Shown here piece after piece: positions 51,736 through 64,000 of a DNA stretch of 64,000 nucleotides. The notes under the pieces were generated by a model. That model was given only the letters and a program-made list of their open reading frames with translations. It ran no database searches and was not told the origin of the DNA. The stretch covers positions 62,001-126,000 of the forward strand of contig NC_090604.1 in NCBI RefSeq assembly GCF_000497125.1, written 5' to 3'. Numbering within the stretch: the stretch's first letter is position 1; each line of letters begins with the position of its first letter. The position numbers and the translations under genes were made by a program. Source of the DNA: Spironucleus salmonicida. Lineage: Eukaryota.

Positions 51736-53943
51736 TAATGTTCATATTGATCTAATTTATAAAAAAATAGTCATAATTAATAATAAATTACTATATTTTA
51801 GTTAAAATTTTGGATAAATTCTTAATAATAGTTTGTTTCCGTTTATAAAATGTATTTATTCATCCTGTTTAGATTAACTCATATATTATTTATAAAATGC
51901 TGAATAATTTAATCTACAATACCTTTTTATTACACATAAAACTTGAGTTATATTCTTAATTTATTTGATTTTTATAAAAGTGAGTTGCTTTTATTCTGAA
52001 TACATAAGCATTTAATAAAAACAAAAATTGTAAAATACAAAAATTTCTATTAGATTATAATGATAAACTACGTCACATTATATTTATTTAATTTTTACAG
52101 TTAAAATTAATTAAAAAATAGTATAAGTAATTTTATGAATAATTCTATGAGAATTATAACACGTATAATCGTCGTTCATTCGATTTTATTTAAAGCTTAG
52201 CTATATTATCTATTTAATAACGTCTATTAAGGATAATATTTTAAGTTATCTAAGAGATAGTAATATATAGGTTATGCTATATCCAGAAACCTACCTTAGC
52301 ATAACTGAACAATTTGATGAATAAAATCTTAAATCTGTTCAAGATTCTATTGAACTGCTTTAGTTTACTATATCGATTGGTTTATATTAACTTGAATTAT
52401 ACCAATATAAACTACTATAATTAATAAAGAGATCTTAGACAATAAGATTTATCGTTTAGTCCTTTCTTTAAAATTCGTTATATTATTATTAGTATTAGAA
52501 AGTAATTTTTGCATCACAAAGTTTAGTATATATAATGCATTATTTAAGTTGCATAAAAGATAAATCCAAAAGTGTACTATTTTAGTATTTTTGATACGAC
52601 CTTATATAATTTCAAAAAATTTAAATAAACATACTATATAATAAATAATATTTTCATGTATTTTAGATTTTTGAATTAAATATTCATGTTTTAATATTTT
52701 AACTAGTTAATAATACTAACAATAACTTAATCTTAAAGTAAAACCTGACTATAGTTTTGTTTATTCTCAAAATTATTTTGACTTCATTCAAACATATCTA
52801 AAGTAAGAAGTAGAGATATAATCATTTATATTCTAATTTAGTAATTTTTATCCATAAAATTAAGTTAATATTAGCTTAAAATTTAGAAAACCTAAATTTC
52901 CGATTTTATTCTAAATTAATTTACTAAATAAGATTATTTAAAAATAATCAAGCAAATATTTATGTAAAACAAAGGATGAACATGCATTACTTATTATGAT
53001 ACTGCAGATTAGTTAAAGTAAAATTAGTAATTAATAATAATATTATAACAAAATTTAGATAAATTATTACAAACATATATAATCTTATTGAAACTGATAT
53101 ATTATATAGTAGTGAATAATGAAATCACTAATGGTAAATTCGCCAAATGCAGGATAAAGAAATGTGAAAAAATAATTTTTGATAGTTTTCACTATCTATA
53201 ATTAGTAAATTAAGTAAGTATTGTTAATTTTGTAATATTAAGATTAAGAGAATACACTGATAATTAGATATGATACTAAAGATGTATAGCGCTAAAGAGT
53301 TCACTTTAAGCAAAACTAAGTAATATATTTGTAATTATAAATATTGTAAAGATTCTTCAATACTTGATCAAATTATATATAGAATTTATACAGTTAAACT
53401 TAGCTAGTTCAATAAAATGAATAATTGAAAAGATTAAACGCAAATCAAAATGCATTAGAAGTAATTTGTGAAAATCAATTAATAAATATGTTAATGTGTA
53501 ATGTTTCATATATTTCTATAACAAAAAACTACTGTTAAAATTTGTATATTTAAATGAGATGAAAACAGTAAACCTCTGAACAAAACCATTTTTCGGTTAA
53601 AATACTGATATAAAGTTATCTAACTAATTTCATAAAAAATTTATTACATTAACTTAAGTACAGATATAAATATAAAGATGATGATATTTAAAGGAACATT
53701 GTAACAATGATGTAAATAAATAATAGGATATAATCATGAGATTTAATTACTTTATTAACTCTGCAGTATAATTTTTATTCTGATAAAACCTAAAGTTAAA
53801 ATATAATTTTTATAACAAACCTTCATAATGGAGCGGTTAATTTAATACTTTATATGATTTGATACTTATAATTAACGGTGAGTAAACCATATTATTATAT
53901 AGAAATATAATAATTTTTTCACCATTTCACATTCTCCGCAAAA

Positions 53944-56900
53944 ATGTCTAATTCTCCATCACGTAAGGCAAATGAGATTGGTGTATTTTAGAATCCGTAA
54001 TCGCCTTCAAAGCCTCTTCTTTAGCTACCTAAATCACGCGGTTAACATAGTCCTTTCCGTGAGGCATAGCATTAGTCTAAGGACAAGTTCAGACACCCTA
54101 CAAAGTTGGTTACTAGGTAAAAACCTTAAATTCCTACACCAATACAGTTTTAAGATCAATAAACATAGCAGCTTAACAATATGAATGCTAGCTCACTCTA
54201 GCATAACAATGATTTGAATTCTACTCATTTGAGTACGTAATAGTAAAACATAAATGAGACTCCTCATAGTTAAGTAGAAGCTACAATTCCTATTATACCT
54301 CAGTAATAGAGAAGTTAGCTAGCCTCTCAAATTCTACATTTCATGTCAAATCCACAGATTTATATTAATTTTATTACTTAGAGTAATGAATTACCTCGTT
54401 CAATTGCACTTGAGAGGAAAAGACGTGAATTAGCTCAAATTGATATTATAGATCAAATTATGGCTAATAATCCTAATACAAATCTTTAGAACCTTTAGTT
54501 TTATGATGATGAAACTTATACTACAAAATCTATTTCTTAGTGGATGAAAGAAACTAAAGAAGTAGTTATTTATGATGCAAATCGCGGTGAAGAACGTACC
54601 GTAAAAGGACTTTATGGATAATGCTATATAAATAATTCATGGGAGCAATGTGTAGTAATCGGCATAAAGGGAGAAAAACTCTTAGTATATTTGAAATCTA
54701 ATAATAGCGTTAAATATCTCATTTACAAAATTTACGTTTTTATTTGGGGAGAAGATCCTCGTGTTTACGCATAAAGAATTTAAAATGCATAAATTCAAAA
54801 AAGCCTGGACGAATCGTTAATGCGCTATTTTTCTTGTGTAGAGAACATGCCATTAAACGGTTTAGTAGAGTTCTAATGGGCAGAAAATGTAAGATTTAAG
54901 TCAAATGTAATGATTCAAGGAAAGACAATCTTAGGCCTCAACGACCAACAGTATTAAGATATTTAGAGCGATGTTAAAAAATAAATTGATTAACAAATCG
55001 TTGAAATTTAAAATTTATTCTCAACTTGTTAAAATCAGATTTTATTTAATATTTCCCTTAATAAATAGCCAAGTTTGATAATCGAAATGCAACTAGAACA
55101 GGCAGTAGAAAAGCTACAAGATAATTATTGTGTATTATTTAACAATATACAGAAAAGTACATATCCTTATTATTACATGATAAGTAACTAGTAGTTTGGT
55201 ACCACTTATGATGAAGTTACCTTTAACGTTAAATAATTTTTATAGGCAAAAATGGTTGAAACTAAGCAAGTTTTAGCATTCAACTCATTTTTTACATCCG
55301 TTAATGCCATTTAAGCATTATTTATTGCTAAAAATGAAGCTGAAAAATTAGTTAGTTATTAAATTAACTAATAGGCTATTAGTATTAATTCGGTCGCTGA
55401 ATCATATTATGAGATCGAAAATTTAACATTTGATTAATTATAATACAACACTTCATTGTATCATTTATTGGTTAAGAGCACTTGTCCCGTAATTAGTGTT
55501 TTACAGAAGGTATACAATGTAGAAGAATTTAAAACCTTATAATTAAATCACTAGAAATCACTTAAAAATTATTTAGAAGAAAGCTGGATAATTTCACTTA
55601 AAAACTAACTTTTAGAAGTTTTGAAAGGTAGTGGAAAAGGTCATTTTAACGTTTAAGTAAAGAGTAAAAACGTTTATATGAACTCAAAGTTAAGAAAATT
55701 AGTTCTCAGAATTATTTATTTATTAAATGATTCTATGAGAAGCTTAGTTCTTAATAGTGTTTAACAGTACGTTTAATTTTTCAAAATTAATTCAGAGTGG
55801 AAGGTCAAATGTATTGACAGTTAAAAAGTGATAGTGGAACATGCTGATAATTCTTTCAATAGCGAAGATGTAGAAAACGCATTGACCTGTTATAGATATC
55901 CAATTTTCAGTATTAATATCACAATCGATGACAAGATTATCGGAAATGACGATAAGATGATATTGGATAGATTAGAATAAACTTTCATTTACGGTATTTC
56001 ACCTTTAACAGAGGAAAAAGACATGGAAAGCAGTGAAAGCGAACAAGATCATGGAGAAGCTGATTCTGACCCAGAAGGCGATAATGCTGAGAAGAAGGAA
56101 AATGCAGTAGAGTAAAAAATAGTGTCTAAACCTAAAGCTTAACAAGCTTAAAAGCAAGATAAGGTTTAAGAAGTGTAATACGTTAAGTCATTGGCATTTT
56201 CTAATTAGCTCTAAGACTTTATTTCAGCAGTAATGCTTACCTTTGACAATGGTTTGAAGAGTGTATCCTCTATTCCAGATATTGAGCCAATGCTCCTAAT
56301 TGCAATTGTGTAGTCTGAAAAAACTTATATTTGCCCTCCCGAACCAACCGAAGATGTTTTTAAAGAAGCAAGAATTGCTATTGAGTAATATGTTACTAAG
56401 ATGTATGGATTCTTACCAGACTACATCAAACAGTTTAACAAGTATAAGGAGATTATTCTGACGGATAATGAGAAACTTATCGCTACCATTAAATATAGAG
56501 CTGAGATGTACTTATAATCTTAAAAGGAAGATGTTAAGCAAAACGAAGAGGAAGAAGTGCCAGATGTTTCATAAGTTATGTTGTAAGCAATTGAAAACAC
56601 AACCCCTTTAGACCCTGATGGCCTTAAAGCACTGGTTCATTAAAAGTTAGCTTAGGCCAAGTAAATATAGATTGAAATACCGGAGGCAGTCCATGTAGGC
56701 GCATTTTTGGTCAAAAACTAGGCACTAAGAAACTATTTATCATAGAAGCTGTAGACACAAGCCGAGCTTATCTAATAGATTATCATAGAAATTGCCTCTA
56801 AAAAGGCTGTTATGATTGGTACTGTATTTAATAACTTAAACAGAAAATTAAACCATAAATCTAAAAGTATAGAAGAGGTAATTAAAATCGAAGAATTCCT

Positions 56901-59900
56901 TAAGAATAAGCTGGATTCTGTTTTAACAACCATGAAAGGTAATATCAGCATCATGAATCAGTATTATTCAATTTTAGATGAATTGTTACTACAACAACCA
57001 GCTCAGGTTATTGCTTAAAGATTCAAGACTGCTGGATATCCTCGCGATATTAATATTCTTTATAAGGAAACTTCCACTATTATTGAATCAGATAAAGTTA
57101 AATTTAGGGATCAGCAAAACCACGAACAGCTTACTTTGGTTAAGGAAATCGATACTTCTACCCGAAATGCTCAGAATTTCCCTCACAAATTCTTAAAAAT
57201 CGATGATTACAAGCTGGCGAATGAAGAAGCTGAGCGCTTAGGACGTTAAATGAAGAGAATGTACGAAAAATCGAAGGTTATTAATAAGAGAGAAAGTCTA
57301 CTTCTTTAACAACAGACGGATTATTCAGCTCTTGATATCACAATCAAAGAGTTTGAACCTATATAGACTATCTGGCGTTGTATGGCCGAGTTCAAACAAC
57401 TTAGTAATAAAATTATGTCTGAAGATTTCCGTCTAATTAACGGTGAGAAAACTCAAAATCAAATTGATATAGCTCTTAAAAACGTGCAGAAGAGCATTAG
57501 GTTGATTAAGGAAGAGAACGAGTAGGTAAGAAATATTGGTGAGTAAATTAAGCAAGAAATTGTAGAGTTTAAGAAGCATTTGCCTTTACTCTGCGCACTC
57601 AGAAATCCAGGTTTAAGAAAGAGACATTGGATTAAGATATCTAAAGAAACTGGATGCAATTTGTAGCATTTACGCTACATCAATGGCATTGAGCTCAAGA
57701 AATTCAACTCCAAGGACGACGAAGAAAAATCAGAAACTGACTATCACGATATGACTGTCGAATAAATCGAAGAACTTAATAAACAACCAGTAAACTTCAC
57801 ATTTAAATAGGCATTAGAAGAGTTCTAGCTTTAAAGCGGTACAAAGCTTTAGAAAATTCTTCAGATATCAGAAGTAGCCACTAAAGAATTCTAGCTCGAA
57901 CACATCATTTTAACCCTTGAAAACACCTATAAAACAGTAAATTTCAACCTTGTTCCTTACAACAACTCTGATTCATACATCCTGAAACAACTAGATGAAA
58001 TCATCCAATAACTTGACGATAACATATCTTTAGTCCAGTAAATCGCATTTTCGCCTTTCAAGAAATATTTCGAAGAAATAATCGCATCTTGGGAGTTCAA
58101 GCTTACACTCACAAGCGAAATCATCGACATCTGGGTCCAACTTCAGCAATCTTGGCTCTATTTAGAGCCTATTTTCTCGTCCCCAGATATCTCAAAACAG
58201 CTCCCTACAGAATCGAAAATCTTCAAGCAAACCGATCAATTCTATAGAAAGTTCATGCAGAACACACAGAAAATCTTAAATGTCATTAAAATCACGACAG
58301 AAACCGACAAATTATTGCACAAATTGACAGAAAATGCAAAATAGCTGGAAATTGTCCAAAAAGGCCTTGCAGAGTACTTAGAAACCAAGAGAATTGCATT
58401 CCCGCGTTTCTACTTCCTCTCGGACGAGGAGCTCCTTTCCATTCTCTCGAACACCAAAAACCCAACTTCTGTCCAACCCTTCCTCCGGTCTTGTTTCGAG
58501 AACGTTGGAAGGCTCAAATTCGTTGAAGAACGCGAATTTGAGATAGTTTCTATGACGTCCCACGAGGGCGAAATTGTTTAATTCGTCAATGGAGTGGTGC
58601 CTTCTGGAAATGTCGAAAATTGGATGCTGACGCTCGAAAAGCAAATTCTGAAAACCGTCAAAATCCGAACCGTCGAAATGCTCATTTTGTACCTAAAATA
58701 AGTCAGCAAAGACGGTATTTCAGGGCGTGCGAATTGGGTTAAAAGCAGCTTCAGCTAGGGAGTCAATATCGTTAATTAGCTGAATTTCGCGAATGATACC
58801 GATTGGGCCATTGTTGGTGGCTATTTAGAGAAATATCGAGATCTGTTAGAGAAACAACTCGATTTGATGACTAATTTGGTCAGAAACGGGCTGAATAAAC
58901 AGGAAAGTAAGTGTTTTAGCAGCGTTTTGACATATGATGTGTTTTAAAGAGATCAAATCCAGGAATTGATCAACCAGAGAGTCAGTTAAGTCGGCGATTT
59001 CAACTGGGCAAAGCACCCTAAGCATTTCTGCAATTTGGACAGCTTTTACGAGCAAAGTATCATCGGCTGCGAGGAAAATTACATGGATAAAGCAGGATTC
59101 GAAAAAGCTGCTTACTTAGAAAAAATAGAGCAAATTTGCGAAGACGCGGTCAAATTAGACACTAATTTCACCATTACGTTCAATCAAGTCATCAGCTCGC
59201 TTCCCTATTAGTTCGAGTACTTAGGCAACACGCCAAGGCTAGTTATTACTCCGTTAACGCTGAAAATCTACTCCACAATCGCGCAGAGTCAGACACTGTA
59301 CAAGTTTTCGTCAGCTTCTGGACCCGCTGGTTCAGGCAAAACTGAGACTTCCAAACAAACGACAAACAAGGAATTCGGTCTCGTTTGCGTCGTTTTCAAC
59401 TGCTCTGAGGGTCTCGATTTGATTGGAATCCGTCGAATGCTCTCAGGCGTTATCTCATCGGGCGGCTGCCTGATCATGGACGAAATCAACAGATTGAGTC
59501 TGGATGTCCTCTCAGTTTTCGCCCAAATGGTTCTTTCGGTCCAAAGAGGGCTCTAAATGTGCGGCGGCTCAATCGTCAAACCACCAGTTTCCGAGTTCGG
59601 AAAGCCGGCTGCCCATATTTAGAACGTGAAAATCAACTTCGAAGGTGTCGAATTGACGCTTCAATCGACGGCAATTGTCATTATCACGTAGAATCCGAAC
59701 TACTCTGGTCGTCAGAAGCTACCGGCAAACTTGGTAGCTTTGTTCCGTGCCGTGTCCGTCATGGTGCCTAATTACATGAAAATCTGTCAAATTAGACTCT
59801 ATTCGTTCGGGTTCAACAAGGCGACCAGTTTAGCTCAAAAGGCGACTTCTGTGTTCAAACTTTGCTCGGAACAACTCTCTTTGTAGTCATGGTACGATTA

Positions 59901-62900
59901 CGGTATGAGAGCTATCAATTCGACTATTTAGGCCGCTGGAAACATCAGATAAGAGCTCGGAAACTTCTGTATTTAGTCTGAGGATTTGATTCCTCAGGTC
60001 GACGGAAAACCCGATAATAGGTATTACACCGAAGATCAGATCGTTTTACGGGCTATTACAGAGGTCAATTTGCCAAAATTCTTGGCTGCAGATGCGTTCT
60101 TGTTTAGCAATATTTTGAAGGATCTGTTCCCTGGCGTTTCTCAACCTTTTATAGATTATCAGAAACTTATTTCCGAGCTATAGGTAGTTTTGCGCTCTAA
60201 ATAACACAAATTCTTGCAACCAGAACCTACTTTTATCAGTAAAATTGTTGATTTGTACATGACTATTAATTTAAGGCATGGGTTGATGACATTAGGGCCA
60301 GCTTGTTCTGGAAAAACGGAGTCATTATACACTTTAGAGACAACTATGAACAGGCTGAATAAGCGTGAATTGGATGAGAAAATGGTCAAGTTCAACAAAT
60401 TATTAAAGCAGAACCCTGACTTACCAATTGCAGAGATGTCCACTTATATTTAAGAGGATTTCAACTTCATGAAATATTTCATTTCTAGAATCAATCCAAA
60501 GTCCATCACAATGGATCAACTGTTCGGTTAATTTGATGCAGTTTCCAAAGAATGGTAGGATGGTATTTTAAGTACTCAGATTAGAACAGCAGTTGGTGAT
60601 TATAACAAACATCAGTTTTGGATTGAAAACGAATTATACAATGAAAACTTCCAGTCTGACAGCGTACCAACAATATCAGATGTTAACCCATTAGTTTTCC
60701 TATAAAAATCTAACTTCACAAGATAAATTTGTTTATCTTGCGGTTATATTGACTCTCTCTGGATTGAGTCCCTTAACACGGTTTTAGATGACTCAAAACG
60801 TCTTTGTTTGAACTCTGGTGAGATCATTGCTTTATCGCCAGTTATGAACTTGGTTTTCAATATGGATTCCGTTGCGGAGGCCTCTCCAGCTACAATTTCA
60901 CGATGTGGAATGCTTTATTATGAGAGTTTGAACATAATTACCGTAGGTGGAACTAAACTTGAAAATGGCGAGCTGGTCATGGGTGGAACATTAAAATTAG
61001 ATAATTATATCTAAACATATTTAGACCGGTTGCCTGATCAGTTAAGAATAAATAATGTTGACTTAAGTAAAATTGGCGAAATTAGTAAAAATTTCGAGAC
61101 AAAATACGGTATCACCGAAGACTATTGCAGTATTTCTCAAACAATTAAGCGCCTTTCAGATACCTATATCGCATAGTCTATTGCATACTTGAAATATAAC
61201 TGTATGATGAACTAGGAGATTTTAGATGCAAACTTAGTGCTCAGTCTTTACAAACTACTTGACTGCTTCATAGCTGAGCTTAAAAAGAACGACTTTGGAT
61301 ATTATGAATAATATCAGATTATTATGTTCGAAAAATACCTTGACAAGTTCTTCTTCTTCTCGCTCATTTGGAGTGTTGGAGCAGTTATCGGCGACGAAGA
61401 ATCTAGACTATTATTCAGTAATTGGCTTAAGAGCTAGATAATTAAAAATAATGACTTGAAAGATTTACCTTTTAGCGAATAGTTAGTTTTCGATTATCAG
61501 TTCGTTTACACAGGCTTTTGCGATCTTAAAGACTAGGTTAATGTGATGATAAACGAAGGTAACGATGTAGAAGAAGGATTAAAAGAACTTGTTCAATAAA
61601 ATTGGAAACCTTGGGGATGGGATGTTTTAGGAGACTTAGATGTCAACTAGTTAGTGCTCAAAGGAAATAAGAATCCAGATGCACTTTAAAATATTAATCT
61701 ACTGGAAACTATTATTCCTACACCAAACAACATCAATTAGACTTACATAATTCAGAAATTACTTTCTAACAACCATCATCTTTTAATTGTTGGCCCTACA
61801 GGATCTGGCAAAACTCAAATCATTAAGAATTACCTACTAAATTCTCCAGATGCTAGCTATCAGGTACCTATTTCTACTACATTTTCGGCTAATACCTAAG
61901 CTAATGATTTGATGCGTTTCATCGATCAAAAGTTAGAGAAACGTCGCAGGGGTGTTTTTGGACCTCCTGCTGGAAAGAAGTATGCACTGTATATCGATGA
62001 TTTGAATATGCCTATGAAAGAAAAGTACGGTTGTATTAACTCCCACGAACTTATCCGCTAGCTTATTTCTCATGGTGGTTGGTATGATTTAAAAGAAATT
62101 ACGTTCAAACAGATTATCGACACAAATGTCATCTGCTCCATGTGCCCTGTTGGCGGTGCCAGAAATGCTGTTAACTAACGACTTGTAAGGCATTTCAACG
62201 TCATCAACTTCCTAGAGCTCAATAATACTCAACTAGACATGATTTTCTCACAGATAGTCAATTTTTGGACCGAAAAAAGCTTCGACAAGGAAGTTATCGG
62301 TGAGGCTCCATTTGAGGTAATCAAATCGACACTGGCCTCGTTCATCGACTCAGAATTAAACATTTACAACGAAACCAAATTGCAGCTTCTCCCAACGCCA
62401 TCAAAAATGCACTATACGTTCAATCTCCGCGACTACTCGAAAGTATTCCAAGGCCTGCTAATGGTCGACCCATAATTCATTTATTTGGACGGAAAAACCT
62501 CGAAAGAGACCTCTCAGATAACGATAAATTCACCAGAAGACATCAAACGCAATCTGCAAGAGCTATTTATCCACGAAAATCTTCGCGTTTACTACGACCG
62601 TTTAATCGACGACAAGGACCAGGATTTCTTTGTTTCCACTCTAAAGAAGAACATCGACCAGTCACTTCTCCAAAGCACAGACTTTGGCACCTTGATTTTC
62701 GGTGATTTCATCCAAAATTTCTCCATCAAAAACTACTAAAAACAAGACGATTTGGTCCAAATGAAGCAGAAATTGAACTCAGTTTTAGTAGAATACAGCG
62801 ATTACACACAGCAACCGAGCGATTTGGTGCTCTTTACGTCTGCAATTCAGCATTTGGCCAGAATCGTCAGAATCTTGAGACAACCAAATTCGAACCTTTT

Positions 62901-64000
62901 GCTCATTGGCGTCGGGGGCGTTGGCCGTCAGTCTTTGACGAAAATCGCAGCTTTCATCCTCAAACTTGAAATTTTCCAAATTGAGCTCAAAAAGCAATAT
63001 TCAATAACGGAGTGGAAAACCGATATTAAAACGACTTTGCTCGAATCCGGTCTAAACAGCAAAAACCAGATTTTCCTGATTTCGGACGCTCACATTTTCG
63101 ACGATAAGCAGCTCGAAGACGTTTCTTTGATGCTCAATTCCTGCGACTTTTAGAGCCTTTACGAGCCGGCCGAACTTGAGCAAATTTACACGAAAATGAA
63201 GCCAATTTGCGTAGAAAAATAGATGTAAACCACAAAAATCAACCTATATGACTTATATTTGTAAAATATTAAACTTAATTTCCACATTGTGCTCTGCTTT
63301 TCACCGTCTGGAAGCGCGCTCAGAACGCGTTTAAGGAAGTTCCCAGCGCTCGTTTCGTGCACGTCCATTAACTACATGTTCAACTGGCCCACGAACGCGC
63401 TGAAAGACGTCGGAAGACAGCTTTTGGGCTTCAACGAGCTGAACGACCAGGAGGCAATTCAATTCTTGAATAACTTCCTTATTAACGTTTCTAACGACAA
63501 CAAGGAGCTTTTGCAGAACCAGATCATCGATTTTTGCGTTTACGCGCACCAGTCAATTGAAAAATTCAGCGTTCAGTACAAGCAAGTTCTGTCAAGATCC
63601 AACCACATCACGCCAACGCTATTTTTGAACCTTCTGCAGTTCCTGCTAAAGTTCTTGTAGCAAAAATTCAACTCCTTGAAGACGTATCAAGTACAGCTTT
63701 CGAACGGGCTTACGAAACTCGTCGAAACGCAGCAAAAAGTCTCAGAAATGCAGGAACAGCTCACGAACTTGCAGCCGCTGCTAAAAGACAGCCAGGAGCG
63801 CGTAGCGGTCCAGGAGCAGCAAATTACAGCTGATACAACGCTCGCAAATGAAGCTAAAAATCAAGCCTCAATCGAGCAAAATCTGGCAGCTGAGAAGCTC
63901 AACTAATGCCAGACGATCGAGGCGGACGCCATGCGCGATTTGGCGCAGGCGCAGCCCCTTTTGGACGCTGCGATGACCGTTTTGAACTCGCTCGAGAAGA
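53944..64000 (+). CDS. DNAH1: Axonemal inner-arm dynein heavy chain, DNAH1-type (3' end beyond the window)
   Basis: ctccgcaaaaATG; all dynein fragments share one frame. FPRFYFLSDEELL; P-loops GPAGSGKT, GPACSGKT, GPTGSGKT, GVGGVGRQS; N-terminal GEDPRVYAQRI typical of DNAH1. The window ends in the stalk. Family is certain, subtype less so. Confidence 0.93.

Noticed and set aside
53944-64000. Possible split or trans-spliced dynein as in Giardia
   Set aside because: All fragments lie in one continuous frame once TAA/TAG are read as Gln; no splice signals seen.
1-64000. CRISPR arrays, rRNA, tRNA, intact transposase or reverse transcriptase
   Set aside because: None recognised; the sequence is eukaryotic and shows no repeat-spacer arrays or such ORFs.

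Overview
Eukaryotic DNA from a hexamitid diplomonad, most consistent with Spironucleus salmonicida or a close relative (the species assignment is inference). It uses genetic code 6 (TAA/TAG = Gln, TGA the only stop), so the supplied ORF track fragments almost every gene. Re-read by hand in code 6, the window holds about 30 apparently intronless CDSs: two cysteine-rich membrane proteins (one frameshifted), a BPI/LBP-like protein, a Kelch protein, V-ATPase proteolipid c, an ankyrin protein, a very long IC97/CASC1-like protein, a 2[4Fe-4S] ferredoxin, a KDEL-ending PDI, a CXXS thioredoxin-fold protein, an APC permease, an MFS sugar porter, a Myb protein and a DNAH1-type axonemal dynein heavy chain that runs off the right edge. 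Three features stand out. (1) An ~8.1 kb near-perfect palindrome (3664 bp arms, 754 bp spacer) plus a third 1.1 kb direct copy amplifies an HTH gene and zipper-like genes and creates an in-frame chimeric ORF. (2) A family of unannotated proteins shares a C-terminal zipper-like module that occurs alone, fused to Kelch repeats, or fused to a KRSLSK...AF(Y/F)IPD module. (3) Gene punctuation is consistent: a TCC(G/A)C motif before ATG and AGTGA overlapping the stop. All translations and alignments were done by eye and no database searches were run.
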